Below are positions 39,036-48,364 of a stretch of 64,000 bases of DNA, piece by piece. Numbering within the stretch: position 1 is the stretch's first letter; each line of letters opens with the position of its first letter. This DNA comes from Acidobacteriota bacterium (lineage in GTDB: Bacteria; Acidobacteriota; CAIWXX01). The notes below the pieces were generated by a model. The model was given only the letters and a program-made list of their open reading frames with translations. It was not told where the DNA came from and ran no database searches. Position numbers and translations under genes: made by a program. Location of the stretch: assembly GCA_040755995.1 (NCBI GenBank), contig JBFMAF010000051.1, positions 1-64,000 on the forward strand, given 5' to 3'.

Positions 39036-40823
39036 TCAGAAGCTCAGGATCTTGATCGGCATGATCCTGAAGCCGCTCACCGCATAGTCGGTTGCCAGCT
39101 CGGCGTCCAGTAGCGGGGAGAAATAGATCCGGCGAATGTCCTGCGTGTTGTAACGCGACCCGACCATGGCGGTGAGGGCCGGGGGCATGTCGCTCAGGTC
39201 TTCGCCGCGCAGCACGATTCCAGGCTTCCGATCGGAGAACCTGAAGTAGATCCGGTTGTTCTTCCGCAGGCTGTTCAGGGCGCGCATGAGCTGTGGGTAG
39301 GTCTGCGGGTAATATGCCTCTTGCAGCTCAGCCGCCTCCATCGCATCCAACGTGGCGCCCTGGCCCACGTACACGAGGAGGTCTCCCGGCTTGAGGCTGC
39401 GCGGCAGCTCGATCGACGCCTCCTCGACCAGCGGCTCCTCCAGCTGGCCGCGCAGATGGACCTTCATCTTGATGGTGTCCCCGGGCCGGTACGCGCTGCG
39501 ATCGATCTCGATTCGCTCCAATCGTGCCGTCTTCGCTGTCTCTTCCGAGTCGATCACCACATCGATGCTTCCCACGGCCACGTCGCGGTATGGATTGTTC
39601 ATGATGTAGTAGATGGGGGTGGCGAGGAGCGATGCGAGCCCGGCCGCGGTCCCTGATTCACCGGCAAACAGATCCCCCACGATCACCGTGCCCTCGGGTT
39701 CCAGGTTCACCTTGGCGGACATCCTGAGTGTGCTCTGACCGAGCTCCCTTTCGCGCGAGTTCACGGCAGACAGGATCGTGACATATGCGAGGATAGGGGA
39801 GAGGAACTTGTCGTTGACGATTTCGAATCGCCACTGCTGGCTGGACTTCGAGCTCGTAGTCAAATTGACGTTGACCGGGATCATTCGCGGGCGCTTGCCC
39901 AGCGTTCCCGCCACCGCGGTGGACCGGTCCTGGTCCATCGTCCCAACCACCTCGCCGGTGCTCGCGATCTTGAACGACGCGTAGAGATTCGGCATCGAAT
40001 GGATGACTTCCGCGCGGGCCATCGGAAACTGCACGGGACCCATGTTGAAGAACGGATGGCCGAACGCGTAAACGCGCTCATTCGAAATCATGGTCACCGT
40101 GCCGACAGCCGAGAGATCGAGGTCGCCGCGGACGAGCTGCACGGACAGTGCCGAGCCGGGGCGCAATGGCTCTATGCTGTCCCGTATGGCCCGTTCGAAC
40201 TTGCCCTGCGTCTGCGTAGCGCCGACAACCGGCACGACACTGAATCCGGAGAGCCGCGAAGAAAGGGCCTCGATCGCCTCCGGCGAGAAGCCCGCGAAGC
40301 TCAGGGGCGTCTTGATGAAAAGGGACGCTCCGCTTGCTGCACCCGCCCGCTGGATGAGGGGCGAAGCGAGCTCATCCAGCGTCATCTGCTTCTTGAACTG
40401 CACGGGGGGCGCGTCCGCACCGGTTGCGCCAGGCTTGCTCTGAGGGGCCGAGGTCGCAGAGATCATCTCCTCTATCGGCGTGACTCCGGCGATAGCCTCC
40501 TCCGCGAACGGGAACGCCGAGCTCACGGCGCCGACGACCCTGTTGCCGATATAGACCGGGCTGCCGCTCATCCCCATGATTACCCCGGTCTTCTCCAGAG
40601 GCCCGCCGCTCAGCCTGGCGATGATCATATTCTGCTTCGGTCCGGTGTTTTCCATCACCCCGAGTATCTCGACCTGGAACTCGGCGATCTCGGAGCCCGC
40701 GAACACGGTCTTCCCGATTCCGACCATTCCCTTCTTGATCTCACTGAGAGGCATGATCTCCTGAGCTATCCCAGCAGGAGAGAGCGCCGCCACCAACACA
40801 CAACTCGCCAACATCTTCTTCAT
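39036..40823 (-). CDS. SpoIVB-like peptidase S55 domain protein
   Basis: GKTVFAG, TGVIMGMSGSPVY, AFGHPF, YASFK, QDRST. Confidence 0.88.
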   Translation of the reverse strand: MKKMLASCVLVAALSPAGIAQEIMPLSEIKKGMVGIGKTVFAGSEIAEFQVEILGVMENTGPKQNMIIARLSGGPLEKTGVIMGMSGSPVYIGNRVVGAVSSAFPFAEEAIAGVTPIEEMISATSAPQSKPGATGADAPPVQFKKQMTLDELASPLIQRAGAASGASLFIKTPLSFAGFSPEAIEALSSRLSGFSVVPVVGATQTQGKFERAIRDSIEPLRPGSALSVQLVRGDLDLSAVGTVTMISNERVYAFGHPFFNMGPVQFPMARAEVIHSMPNLYASFKIASTGEVVGTMDQDRSTAVAGTLGKRPRMIPVNVNLTTSSKSSQQWRFEIVNDKFLSPILAYVTILSAVNSRERELGQSTLRMSAKVNLEPEGTVIVGDLFAGESGTAAGLASLLATPIYYIMNNPYRDVAVGSIDVVIDSEETAKTARLERIEIDRSAYRPGDTIKMKVHLRGQLEEPLVEEASIELPRSLKPGDLLVYVGQGATLDAMEAAELQEAYYPQTYPQLMRALNSLRKNNRIYFRFSDRKPGIVLRGEDLSDMPPALTAMVGSRYNTQDIRRIYFSPLLDAELATDYAVSGFRIMPIKILSF

Positions 40824-41014
40824 GCGTGACACCTTTCGCGTATCCTTCTGCACACTTCCTATCCTAATTAATCCTCCATCCGCGATCCACAGTCAAGCCG
40901 AGAGGCCGCGCTCACGCACAGCATCTGCGTGAAGAAGCACAAACCTGCATACACAGTCGGCTGGGCGCCACTCTCTACTCTCCACTCTCCACTCTCCACT
41001 TTCTACTCTTCTCT

Positions 41015-41075
41015 ACGCGAGGCGGGGCCAAAGCAGCCTTGCATGATTCATCGGTCTGAGGCCCCGCCTCGCTAG
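41015..41075 (-). repeat. 61-bp hairpin element, copy A (identical to 51681-51741)
   Basis: CTAGCGAGGCGGGGCC-TCAGACCGATGAATCATGCAAGGCTGCTTT-GGCCCCGCCTCGCGT; 13-bp IR; overlaps the gmhA stop. Confidence 0.9.
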
Positions 41076-41653
41076 AACCTGGCCTCGACCATTTCCGCGA
41101 TGAGGTGCCCGATCAGCAGATGCATCTCCTGAATGCGCGGTGTCGTTTCCGCATCCACGCGCAAGAGCAGGTCGGAGCAGCCGGCGAGCCGCCCGCCGCT
41201 CCTGCCGGTCAACCCGATCGTAAAGACTCCCATCAACCGCGACACCTCGAAAGCCGAGATGACGTTGCGGGACTCACCGCTTGTCGAGAGGCCGATTGCC
41301 ACGTCCCCGGGCTTGCCGATCGCTTCCACCTGGCGCGCGAACACGGCATCGAACGTAGCATCGTTGGCTATCGATGTGAGGATGGACTGGTCCGTGGTGA
41401 GCGCTATGGCGGGCAGGGCTCTGCGGTCGCGCAGGAACCGGTTCACGAACTCGGCCGCGATGTGCTGGGCTTGCGAAGCAGAGCCGCCGTTGCCGAACAG
41501 CATCACCTTTCCCCCGGCGCGAACCGCGGCCTCGATCTTGCCTGCCGCCGCTTCCAGAAGCGGTTCGATCGTGCTCAGTCCTTGGATGAGACGAGACAGC
41601 TCGCTAAGAGCGCCGTCGATTCTCTGCCTGTCGGTCAGCCGCATGTTCGTCAT
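41072..41653 (-). CDS. gmhA: D-sedoheptulose 7-phosphate isomerase
   Basis: FGNGGSASQAQHIAAEF, TSIAND, STSGES, TPRIQEMH. Confidence 0.93.
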   Translation of the reverse strand: MTNMRLTDRQRIDGALSELSRLIQGLSTIEPLLEAAAGKIEAAVRAGGKVMLFGNGGSASQAQHIAAEFVNRFLRDRRALPAIALTTDQSILTSIANDATFDAVFARQVEAIGKPGDVAIGLSTSGESRNVISAFEVSRLMGVFTIGLTGRSGGRLAGCSDLLLRVDAETTPRIQEMHLLIGHLIAEMVEARF

Positions 41654-41684
41654 GCTACCGCAGGAGCCTCGGGCTCGTCTATCC

Positions 41685-42410
41685 TCATGGCTTGGCCTCC
41701 GCAGCCGCCTCGATCAGCCTGAACCCGCCGTCGAATCGCCAGCTGACGGAGGGCGCGGGCGCGCGGGCGTGCTCGTCGGAGGCGCCGGAGGACGCCACGA
41801 TGTCGAACCCGTGGAGACACTGTAGATAATCGTAGTGGTACTGAGCCGGCGAGTGAATGGCCAGGTCGATGAGGTAGCGCCCGGGGCTGAGGGACTCCGA
41901 TGAGAAACAGATGGTCGCTACACCGCGTCCGTCCAGGTGTGCGAGATCGCGCCCGTCCAGCGCCGTATTGGTGCCGAAGACCCGGCGACCCGACGCGTGG
42001 TAGACGGCGATTCCGACCACTGGTTCCTGCACGGGCTTCGCCGCCGCGCACTCCAGCCGGATCGACAGGGTCTCGCCGCGCTCGAACGCCGCGCGCTCGA
42101 CACCGCCTGCATCTGCGACGGCCACACGTTCGATCGTCGCCTCGCCTCCACCCCATCTCTTCGGCTCGCGCAACGCCGTCTCCTCCGAAGCGCTCTGCGC
42201 ATAGTACGGACAGTGACGGCACGCACGCGGCAGCAGACCTTCGGTCATCTCGAGACGGAGCAGGCGAGCCGGTTCTGAGTTCCAGATCTCATCCAGCGTG
42301 TGCACATTGAGATTGCCGAGGCACAGGTGCGGCTCTGCCAGGTAGCAGCAAAGGTAGACGGAGCCGTCCTCCTTCACGAGCATGTTCTGGGACGGCTTGT
42401 TGCAGAGCAC
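41685..42410 (-). CDS. SPASM-like Fe-S domain fused to a Wzt C-terminal carbohydrate-binding-like domain
   Basis: CNKP...DGSVYLCC...LGNL...LDEIWNS...CRHC; then GGGEATI...FERGE...PVVGIAV...VFGTNT...LSPGRYLIDLAI...YDY. Confidence 0.75.
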   Translation of the reverse strand: MLCNKPSQNMLVKEDGSVYLCCYLAEPHLCLGNLNVHTLDEIWNSEPARLLRLEMTEGLLPRACRHCPYYAQSASEETALREPKRWGGGEATIERVAVADAGGVERAAFERGETLSIRLECAAAKPVQEPVVGIAVYHASGRRVFGTNTALDGRDLAHLDGRGVATICFSSESLSPGRYLIDLAIHSPAQYHYDYLQCLHGFDIVASSGASDEHARAPAPSVSWRFDGGFRLIEAAAEAKP

Positions 42411-42609
42411 TGGGCGGTTGTCAGTCGTCGGTTGTCAGTTGTCCGTTGTCAGTTGTCGGTTGTCAGTTGACAGTGGCCGCCGATCAGCGGGACGAGCGGT
42501 CGTGAGATATCGACGCCGGCGGAGGTCCCGGCGGCCCATTCGCCTCATACGGTATGACCAGGTGCCGAGACGGTGATTGGCTCGCTCAATCATGGCCGCG
42601 TGTCCATAT

Positions 42610-43602
42610 TCAATAGCGCTGGCGGTAGACGAGAGGGATGCCGAGGTCGCGGGCGAGCGCGTGGGCCTCTTCGACCTTCGCGTAGTGGATCTCGGGATAG
42701 TTCTGGAGGAGCTGTGAGGGGTAGTCGAAGACCCAGCCCGCGCCCGATACAGGAGCCGAGATGTTCGTCGAGACGTTCATCTGCTGGAAGACGACCTGGT
42801 TCACGCCGAGGCCGGCGCCCAGGCGCACGAACAGCGGTGCCTCGGCGATGTTCTCCTTCATCAGCGTCATGTTGATGAACACCTGCGGCCGCGAGCGTTC
42901 GCCTCGGGCCCCGATCAGGGCGCGGATGTTGTCGAGGAGCCTCGACAGGTCGTTGTGCCGGATGCGCCGGTAGGTCGGGGCCGTCGCTGCATCTATGGAG
43001 ACGTTGATCCAGCCGAGCCCGATCTTGACCAGCTTCTCCGATATTGCCCGAGTCAGCAGGAGGCCGTTGGTGCTGAATCCGGCCTTTGAGGGATCGGGCA
43101 ACAGCTCGATGATCGACAACAGCCCCGGGTTCATGAGCGGCTCGCCTATCCCGTGAAGCAGCACTTGCCTGGCCTCGGGCAGGATCGGCGAGAGGTGCTG
43201 AACTGTTTCGAGCGGGATATCCGATGCCTTGCCGGCAAGCTCGATATCGCACATCACGCAGGCCGGCCTGACGTTGCACCTGGAGCTCACTTCGATCTCG
43301 ATTGTCCGCGGTCCTTCGGAGAGCCGAGTTGCGGGGTAAGCGTCAGACGCGAGCCTCCTGGATATCTCGGCGGCGTCCCCGAAGGCCGACTCATACCTCT
43401 CCCGCAGGGCCTGGGCCTCGGGTGATTGCTCGAATGCCTGCTTCAACCCATCCCTATCGAGCACGGCATTGTCCAACAGGGTCGCATGGTGCCTCAGCCC
43501 CGCCTCGTCCGGCGCCCGCTTGAGGATGGAGTGGTAGAGCCACGTCACGTACTGCGCGTTGTCCATCTCCTGCAGACTCGATTCGAAAGCGAAACGTAGC
43601 AA
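42610..43602 (-). CDS. Radical SAM protein with N-terminal DUF4214-like domain
   Basis: YVTWLYHSILKRAPDEAG...SPE; CNVRPACVMC, GIGEPL, STNG, SIDA. Confidence 0.82.
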   Translation of the reverse strand: MLRFAFESSLQEMDNAQYVTWLYHSILKRAPDEAGLRHHATLLDNAVLDRDGLKQAFEQSPEAQALRERYESAFGDAAEISRRLASDAYPATRLSEGPRTIEIEVSSRCNVRPACVMCDIELAGKASDIPLETVQHLSPILPEARQVLLHGIGEPLMNPGLLSIIELLPDPSKAGFSTNGLLLTRAISEKLVKIGLGWINVSIDAATAPTYRRIRHNDLSRLLDNIRALIGARGERSRPQVFINMTLMKENIAEAPLFVRLGAGLGVNQVVFQQMNVSTNISAPVSGAGWVFDYPSQLLQNYPEIHYAKVEEAHALARDLGIPLVYRQRY

Positions 43603-43738
43603 CCCCGATGGCGGCTGTCAAGCCCGCCGTCAGTGGCCCTCAGTGCGCCGCCGCCTCCAGGAGCCGCCTGCACCTTGCCCATCGGCCACCGCCCCAGCGA
43701 CACTCCGTGACCAGGATCACACTTCGGATGGGAGCCCC

Positions 43739-43767
43739 TTGACGGCAATCGGGGTGGAAGCTATATT
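43739..43767 (+). promoter_or_regulatory. Putative sigma70 promoter
   Basis: TTGACG-17 bp-TATATT upstream of 43857. Confidence 0.55.
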
Positions 43768-43856
43768 CCTAGTGCAGGGGTAGGAATTGAGTTGATACGT
43801 GGTCATGGGACTCATGCTCCGTCGAGGAGCAACACAACCAACATGGAGAGATCAGC

Positions 43857-44222
43857 ATGAAGAAAGCATTCGCAGTGGCGCTTCTGATCGGGCTGGCGGC
43901 CGGCCAGGCGGCATGGGCCGACGAGTACACGAAGGCCGCAGCCACTGAGTATCAGAAGGTCCCGTTAATCGACAAGATGTGCCTCGAGAAGGTCAAGAGC
44001 GATCCTGACAAGCACACCACCAAGTGCCTTGCCATGTGCGCAAGCAGTGGGTACGGAGTCCTCTTGGAAGACGGGACTTACCTGAAGTTCGACAAGGCGG
44101 GCGACGAGAAGGCTATCGCAGCGCTCAAAGCCACCGACAAGAAGGACCACATCCGGGTGTCCGTGAAAGGCGAGCGAGACGGCGATACGTTCAAGGTGGA
44201 GAACCTACAGATCGAGAAGTAG
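43857..44222 (+). CDS. Small secreted hypothetical protein (OB-fold-like, 3 Cys)
   Basis: GGAGAG RBS, signal peptide, IDKMC...HTTKCLAMCASSGYG, V.G...GD. Confidence 0.8.
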   Translation: MKKAFAVALLIGLAAGQAAWADEYTKAAATEYQKVPLIDKMCLEKVKSDPDKHTTKCLAMCASSGYGVLLEDGTYLKFDKAGDEKAIAALKATDKKDHIRVSVKGERDGDTFKVENLQIEK

Positions 44223-44511
44223 CTGGCGGAAGCACGGAATCGGCGATTGGCCGCCCCGAAGCAAGGGGCGGCCCTTCTTTCTTGAGCCCTTCCGATGTCG
44301 CACCGGCTGACCACGGCAGCTCCTGGTCGAGGTGTCCGGCGATCGCGATGTGCCTCTCATCTCGCTGTGCGATGAAGCATCTGCCCTGTGAGGCGGTTGC
44401 AGGGAACGGCGCGGCACCTCTCTCACCGCGTCTCCGTGTCGCCGCGTCTCCGCGTCTGATGCCGCGTGAACGAGCCTGTCTTCTAGCCCTGTACGTGTAC
44501 CCCCCGAGCTT

Positions 44512-44540
44512 TTGACACCCAGATACCCTTCCGCTAGAAT
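44512..44540 (+). promoter_or_regulatory. Sigma70 promoter of galT
   Basis: TTGACA-17 bp-TAGAAT. Confidence 0.7.
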
Positions 44541-44581
44541 CCGCGACGTGAGAGCCACGAAAGGCGAAAGGGACAGGTCAT

Positions 44582-45586
44582 ATGCCAGAGCTCCGGAAGG
44601 ATCCAGTGAGTGGGCGGTGGATAATCATCTCCACCGAACGAGGCAAGCGCCCCTCGGAATTCAGGGGTGAGACCCCGGCCAGGCGCAACAACGGCGGATT
44701 CTGCCCCTTTTGCCCTGGCAACGAGGACAAGACGCCGCGCGAGGTTCTTTCGTACCGAAGAGACGGGAGCCCCCCGGATACGCCCGGCTGGGAGCTGCGC
44801 GTAGTGCCCAACAGGTATCCTGCGCTCAGGATCGAGGGCGGGCTAAACCGGCAGGGCGAGGGGATCTACGACAAGATGAACGGCATCGGCGCTCATGAGG
44901 TGATCATCGAGACGCCGTCGCACGAGGCCACACTCGCGACACTAGCCGAGCGTGATATCGAGAACGTCTTCTGGAGCTTCCACGACCGTGTGCTCGACCT
45001 GAAGAAGGACCGGAGATTCAAGTACATCCTGATTTTCAAGAACCACGGCGAGGCGGCCGGGGCCAGCGTCGAGCACACACATTCGCAGCTCATAGCACTG
45101 CCCATCGTCCCCAAGCGCGTCCGCGAGGAGATCGACGGCTGCAAGACGTACTACAGCTTCAAAGAGCGCTGCATATACTGCGACATCATCAAGCAGGAGA
45201 GCGACGTCGGAACCCGGGTGATCGCCGAGAACAGCGATTTCCTGGCAGTGTCGCCATTCGCCCCGCGCTTTCCCTTCGAAACCTGGATCCTGCCCAAGAA
45301 CCACGGCGCTTATTTCGAAGCGTGCCAGAAGCACGAGTATGAGAACCTGTCGAAGGTCGTCAAGGACATCCTCATGCGAATGGATCGCGTGCTGGAGTTC
45401 CCGCCGTACAACATGTTGATCCAGACGTCGCCCTTCCACGAGATCGTGACTGACTTCTATCACTGGCACATCGAGATCATGCCCAAGCTCACGAAGGTGG
45501 CCGGCTTCGAATGGGGGACCGGGTTCTATCTGAATCCCACGCTGCCCGAGGAGGCCGCGAAGTTCATGAGGGAAGCGGCCCCCTAG
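44582..45586 (+). CDS. galT: Galactose-1-phosphate uridylyltransferase
   Basis: ELRKDP, CPFCPGNE, HEVIIE, GASVEHTHSQ, YHWHIE. Confidence 0.93.
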   Translation: MPELRKDPVSGRWIIISTERGKRPSEFRGETPARRNNGGFCPFCPGNEDKTPREVLSYRRDGSPPDTPGWELRVVPNRYPALRIEGGLNRQGEGIYDKMNGIGAHEVIIETPSHEATLATLAERDIENVFWSFHDRVLDLKKDRRFKYILIFKNHGEAAGASVEHTHSQLIALPIVPKRVREEIDGCKTYYSFKERCIYCDIIKQESDVGTRVIAENSDFLAVSPFAPRFPFETWILPKNHGAYFEACQKHEYENLSKVVKDILMRMDRVLEFPPYNMLIQTSPFHEIVTDFYHWHIEIMPKLTKVAGFEWGTGFYLNPTLPEEAAKFMREAAP

Positions 45587-45754
45587 AGGGGCGCTGCACG
45601 CGCGCCCCGGGGCGGCACGCGCCAAACCGCGCCTCGGCGTTTCACGGGATCGCTCCCTGCCTCTCGCCTCCGGGTGGAGTTCATGCCCTCATTTCGCAGG
45701 GACACGGGGACGTCACCTTTGAAATCAGGCCCGCGAATTGCTAGCATCTTCAGT

Positions 45755-47923
45755 ATGATCCGCATCGACGACCTGCTCGACCGCCTCGAAACCCTGAATC
45801 CGACCGACAACCTCGACTTGCTGAGGCGGGCCTACATGTTCTCCGCGTGGAAGCACCAGGGGCAGGTCAGGATGTCGGGTGAGCCGTATCTGATGCATCC
45901 GCTCGAGGTAGCCGGCATCCTGGTGGATCTCCATCTCGACAGCGTCACGATCGCCGCAGGGCTGCTGCACGACGTGGTCGAGGACACTCGGACGACCATC
46001 GAGACCCTGCGCGAGTACTTCGGCGACACTGTGGCGCATCTGGTCGAAGGGGTGACGAAGCTGAGCAAGATCCCGTTCTCGTCGCAGGAGGAGAAGCAGG
46101 CTGAGAATTTTCGCAAGATGCTCCTCGCGATGGTCGACGACATCCGGGTGATCGTCATCAAGCTCGCGGACCGGCTTCACAACATGCGCACGCTCGAGTT
46201 TCTTCCCGAGGAGAAACGGAGGCGGATCGCCCAGGAGACGCTCGACATCTACGCTCCGATCGCCAACCGTCTCGGCATAGGGAAGATCCGCAACGAGCTG
46301 GAAGACCTCGCGTTCCGCCACCTCGACCCTGCCGCGTACATCGAGCTGGAGAACCTGGTCGGGCAGCGGCGGAGGGCATCGGAGGAGTTCATAAGGGAGA
46401 TGGAGGAGAAGGTGCGGACGGCGCTGAAGGAGAGCAGCATCCCCGCCGCGATCCAGAGCCGCATCAAGCGAAACTACTCGATCTACCTGAAGATGAAGCG
46501 GCAGAAGATCACGATCGAACAGGTCTACGATTTCATCGCGCTGCGCATCCTGACCGACACCGAACGCAACTGCTATGCGGTGATGGGGTACATGCACCAG
46601 ATTGGACGCCCCGTGCCGGGCAGGATCAAGGACTTCATCGCCATCCCCAAGCCGAACCTGTACCAGTCGATCCACACCTCGATCGTGGACGAGAAGGGGC
46701 GCGCCTGCGAAATCCAGATCCGTACGCACGAAATGCACCGTGTGGCCGAAGAGGGGATTGCGGCGCATTGGAAGTACAAGGAGGGCAAGCCGGCCGCAGA
46801 GTCCGAGGACCAGCACGTCCAGTGGCTGCGCCAACTCCTCGAGTACCACCGCGAGGTGAAGGACCCGAAGGAGTTTCTGAGCATCCTGAAGGTGGACCTG
46901 TACCCGGACGAGGTCTACGCGTTCACTCCGAAGGGCCAGGTCATCTCGCTGCCGCGCGGCTCCACATCGATCGACTTCGCATATGCAATACACACGCAGA
47001 TCGGGAATCGATGCTCGGGCGCCCGCGTGAATGGGCAGCTGGTGCCTCTGCGGCACAGGCTTCGGAGCGGCGATTTCGTCGAGATCATCACGGCGCAGTC
47101 GAACAACGTCAGCCGCGACTGGCTCAACATCGTGAAGACCTCACGCGCGCGCCACAAGATCAAGCACATCATCCAGCAGCAGGATCGCGCGCGATCCGTG
47201 GAGGTCGGGGCGAAGCTGTGGGAGAAGGAGTGCCGCAAGTACAAGATCAACCCGAAGAAGGTCGATGAAGACCTGGTCAAGAAGCTGCCGGAATACGGAA
47301 TGCAGAAGATCGAGGACTTCTACGCCTCGCTCGGGTATGGCAAGATGTCGGCCAAGACGGTACTGACGCGGCTCATGCCGGAGGCCACCGCCGAGGAGCC
47401 CGCGCCGGCCAAGGAATCGCGCATCGCCAGCGCCGTCAAGAAGGCCTTCGGCCTCGGCGAGAAGGCGATCAAGGTCAAGGGCGCCGAAGACGTGCTCGTC
47501 TACCTCGCCAAGTGCTGCAACCCGATCAAGGGTGAGAGGATCGTCGGCTACATCACGCGCGGCAAGGGCGTGGCAGTGCACGCCGAACGCTGCTCAAACG
47601 TAACGAACCTGCTCTACGACGCCGAGCGAAAGATCGATGTGAACTGGGACGGCACCAGCGAAGCGCCGTACGGCGTCCCCGTCGAGGTCGAAGTCGACGA
47701 CCGTCCAGGCATGCTGGCCAAGGTCACGACGGCGGTCGCAGCGGCCAAGACCAACATCCGTGCCGCCAAGGTCGAGACAGACGAGGGCAGAGGATACATC
47801 AAGATGGAAGTCGAGGTGGCCGACGTGAAACACCTCGACAAGATCCTCTCAACCCTCCGCGGGATACAGGGCGTCAGCAGCGTCGAGCGGGTCTACGAAG
47901 AGAAACGCAAGCCGGGGCATTGA
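45755..47923 (+). CDS. relA: Bifunctional (p)ppGpp synthetase/hydrolase
   Basis: SGEPYLMHP, LLHDVVED, KLADRLHNMRTL, YQSIHT, AAHWKYK, TGS and ACT domains. Confidence 0.96.
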   Translation: MIRIDDLLDRLETLNPTDNLDLLRRAYMFSAWKHQGQVRMSGEPYLMHPLEVAGILVDLHLDSVTIAAGLLHDVVEDTRTTIETLREYFGDTVAHLVEGVTKLSKIPFSSQEEKQAENFRKMLLAMVDDIRVIVIKLADRLHNMRTLEFLPEEKRRRIAQETLDIYAPIANRLGIGKIRNELEDLAFRHLDPAAYIELENLVGQRRRASEEFIREMEEKVRTALKESSIPAAIQSRIKRNYSIYLKMKRQKITIEQVYDFIALRILTDTERNCYAVMGYMHQIGRPVPGRIKDFIAIPKPNLYQSIHTSIVDEKGRACEIQIRTHEMHRVAEEGIAAHWKYKEGKPAAESEDQHVQWLRQLLEYHREVKDPKEFLSILKVDLYPDEVYAFTPKGQVISLPRGSTSIDFAYAIHTQIGNRCSGARVNGQLVPLRHRLRSGDFVEIITAQSNNVSRDWLNIVKTSRARHKIKHIIQQQDRARSVEVGAKLWEKECRKYKINPKKVDEDLVKKLPEYGMQKIEDFYASLGYGKMSAKTVLTRLMPEATAEEPAPAKESRIASAVKKAFGLGEKAIKVKGAEDVLVYLAKCCNPIKGERIVGYITRGKGVAVHAERCSNVTNLLYDAERKIDVNWDGTSEAPYGVPVEVEVDDRPGMLAKVTTAVAAAKTNIRAAKVETDEGRGYIKMEVEVADVKHLDKILSTLRGIQGVSSVERVYEEKRKPGH

Positions 47924-48174
47924 CAGCCTGTGCCGCGTGCCCGACGCGCGCCGTGATACGCGCCCGCCGCGGTGGTTCGCGGTCGCAGGCGCCCGCGGCA
48001 TGGTGCCTATAGGCTGCCGTCCAGCACTCCCCGGACCTTCTGCGCCAGGTTGCGATCGCCATTGCCGTCCGGCCCTTCGACGCGCCAAACGCCGCCTGGC
48101 CGCGCAGGCCAATCACCGCAAGAACCGTTGAGTGCAGATGCGATGCTGCGGATTCAAGGTTTCAGTGGGAACAC

Positions 48175-48203
48175 TTGACATCGAGGCACATCAGCCATAC
48201 CTT
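48175..48203 (+). promoter_or_regulatory. Putative sigma70 promoter directly upstream of the degenerate repeat copy
   Basis: TTGACA-17 bp-TACCTT. Confidence 0.4.
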
Positions 48204-48357
48204 CTGGCGAAGGGGGGCCTCGGACGGATGAATCATGCAAGACGGCCTTGGCCGGGCCTCGAGTCTGGAGTTGAGAGTGACTACCGTGGGAATTCAGAGC
48301 GAATGACGCGACGCAACGAACTTGACTCAATCGTGGCATCCTTTTCGTTTCGAGCCC
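48204..48357 (+). repeat. Degenerate ~150-bp direct repeat of 51681-51848 (hairpin element plus downstream block)
   Basis: Shared GATGAATCATGCAAG, GAGTTGAGAGTGACT.CCGTGGGAATTCAGAGC.AATGACGC and TTGACTCAATCG. Confidence 0.85.
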
Positions 48358-48364
48358 AGTAGCC

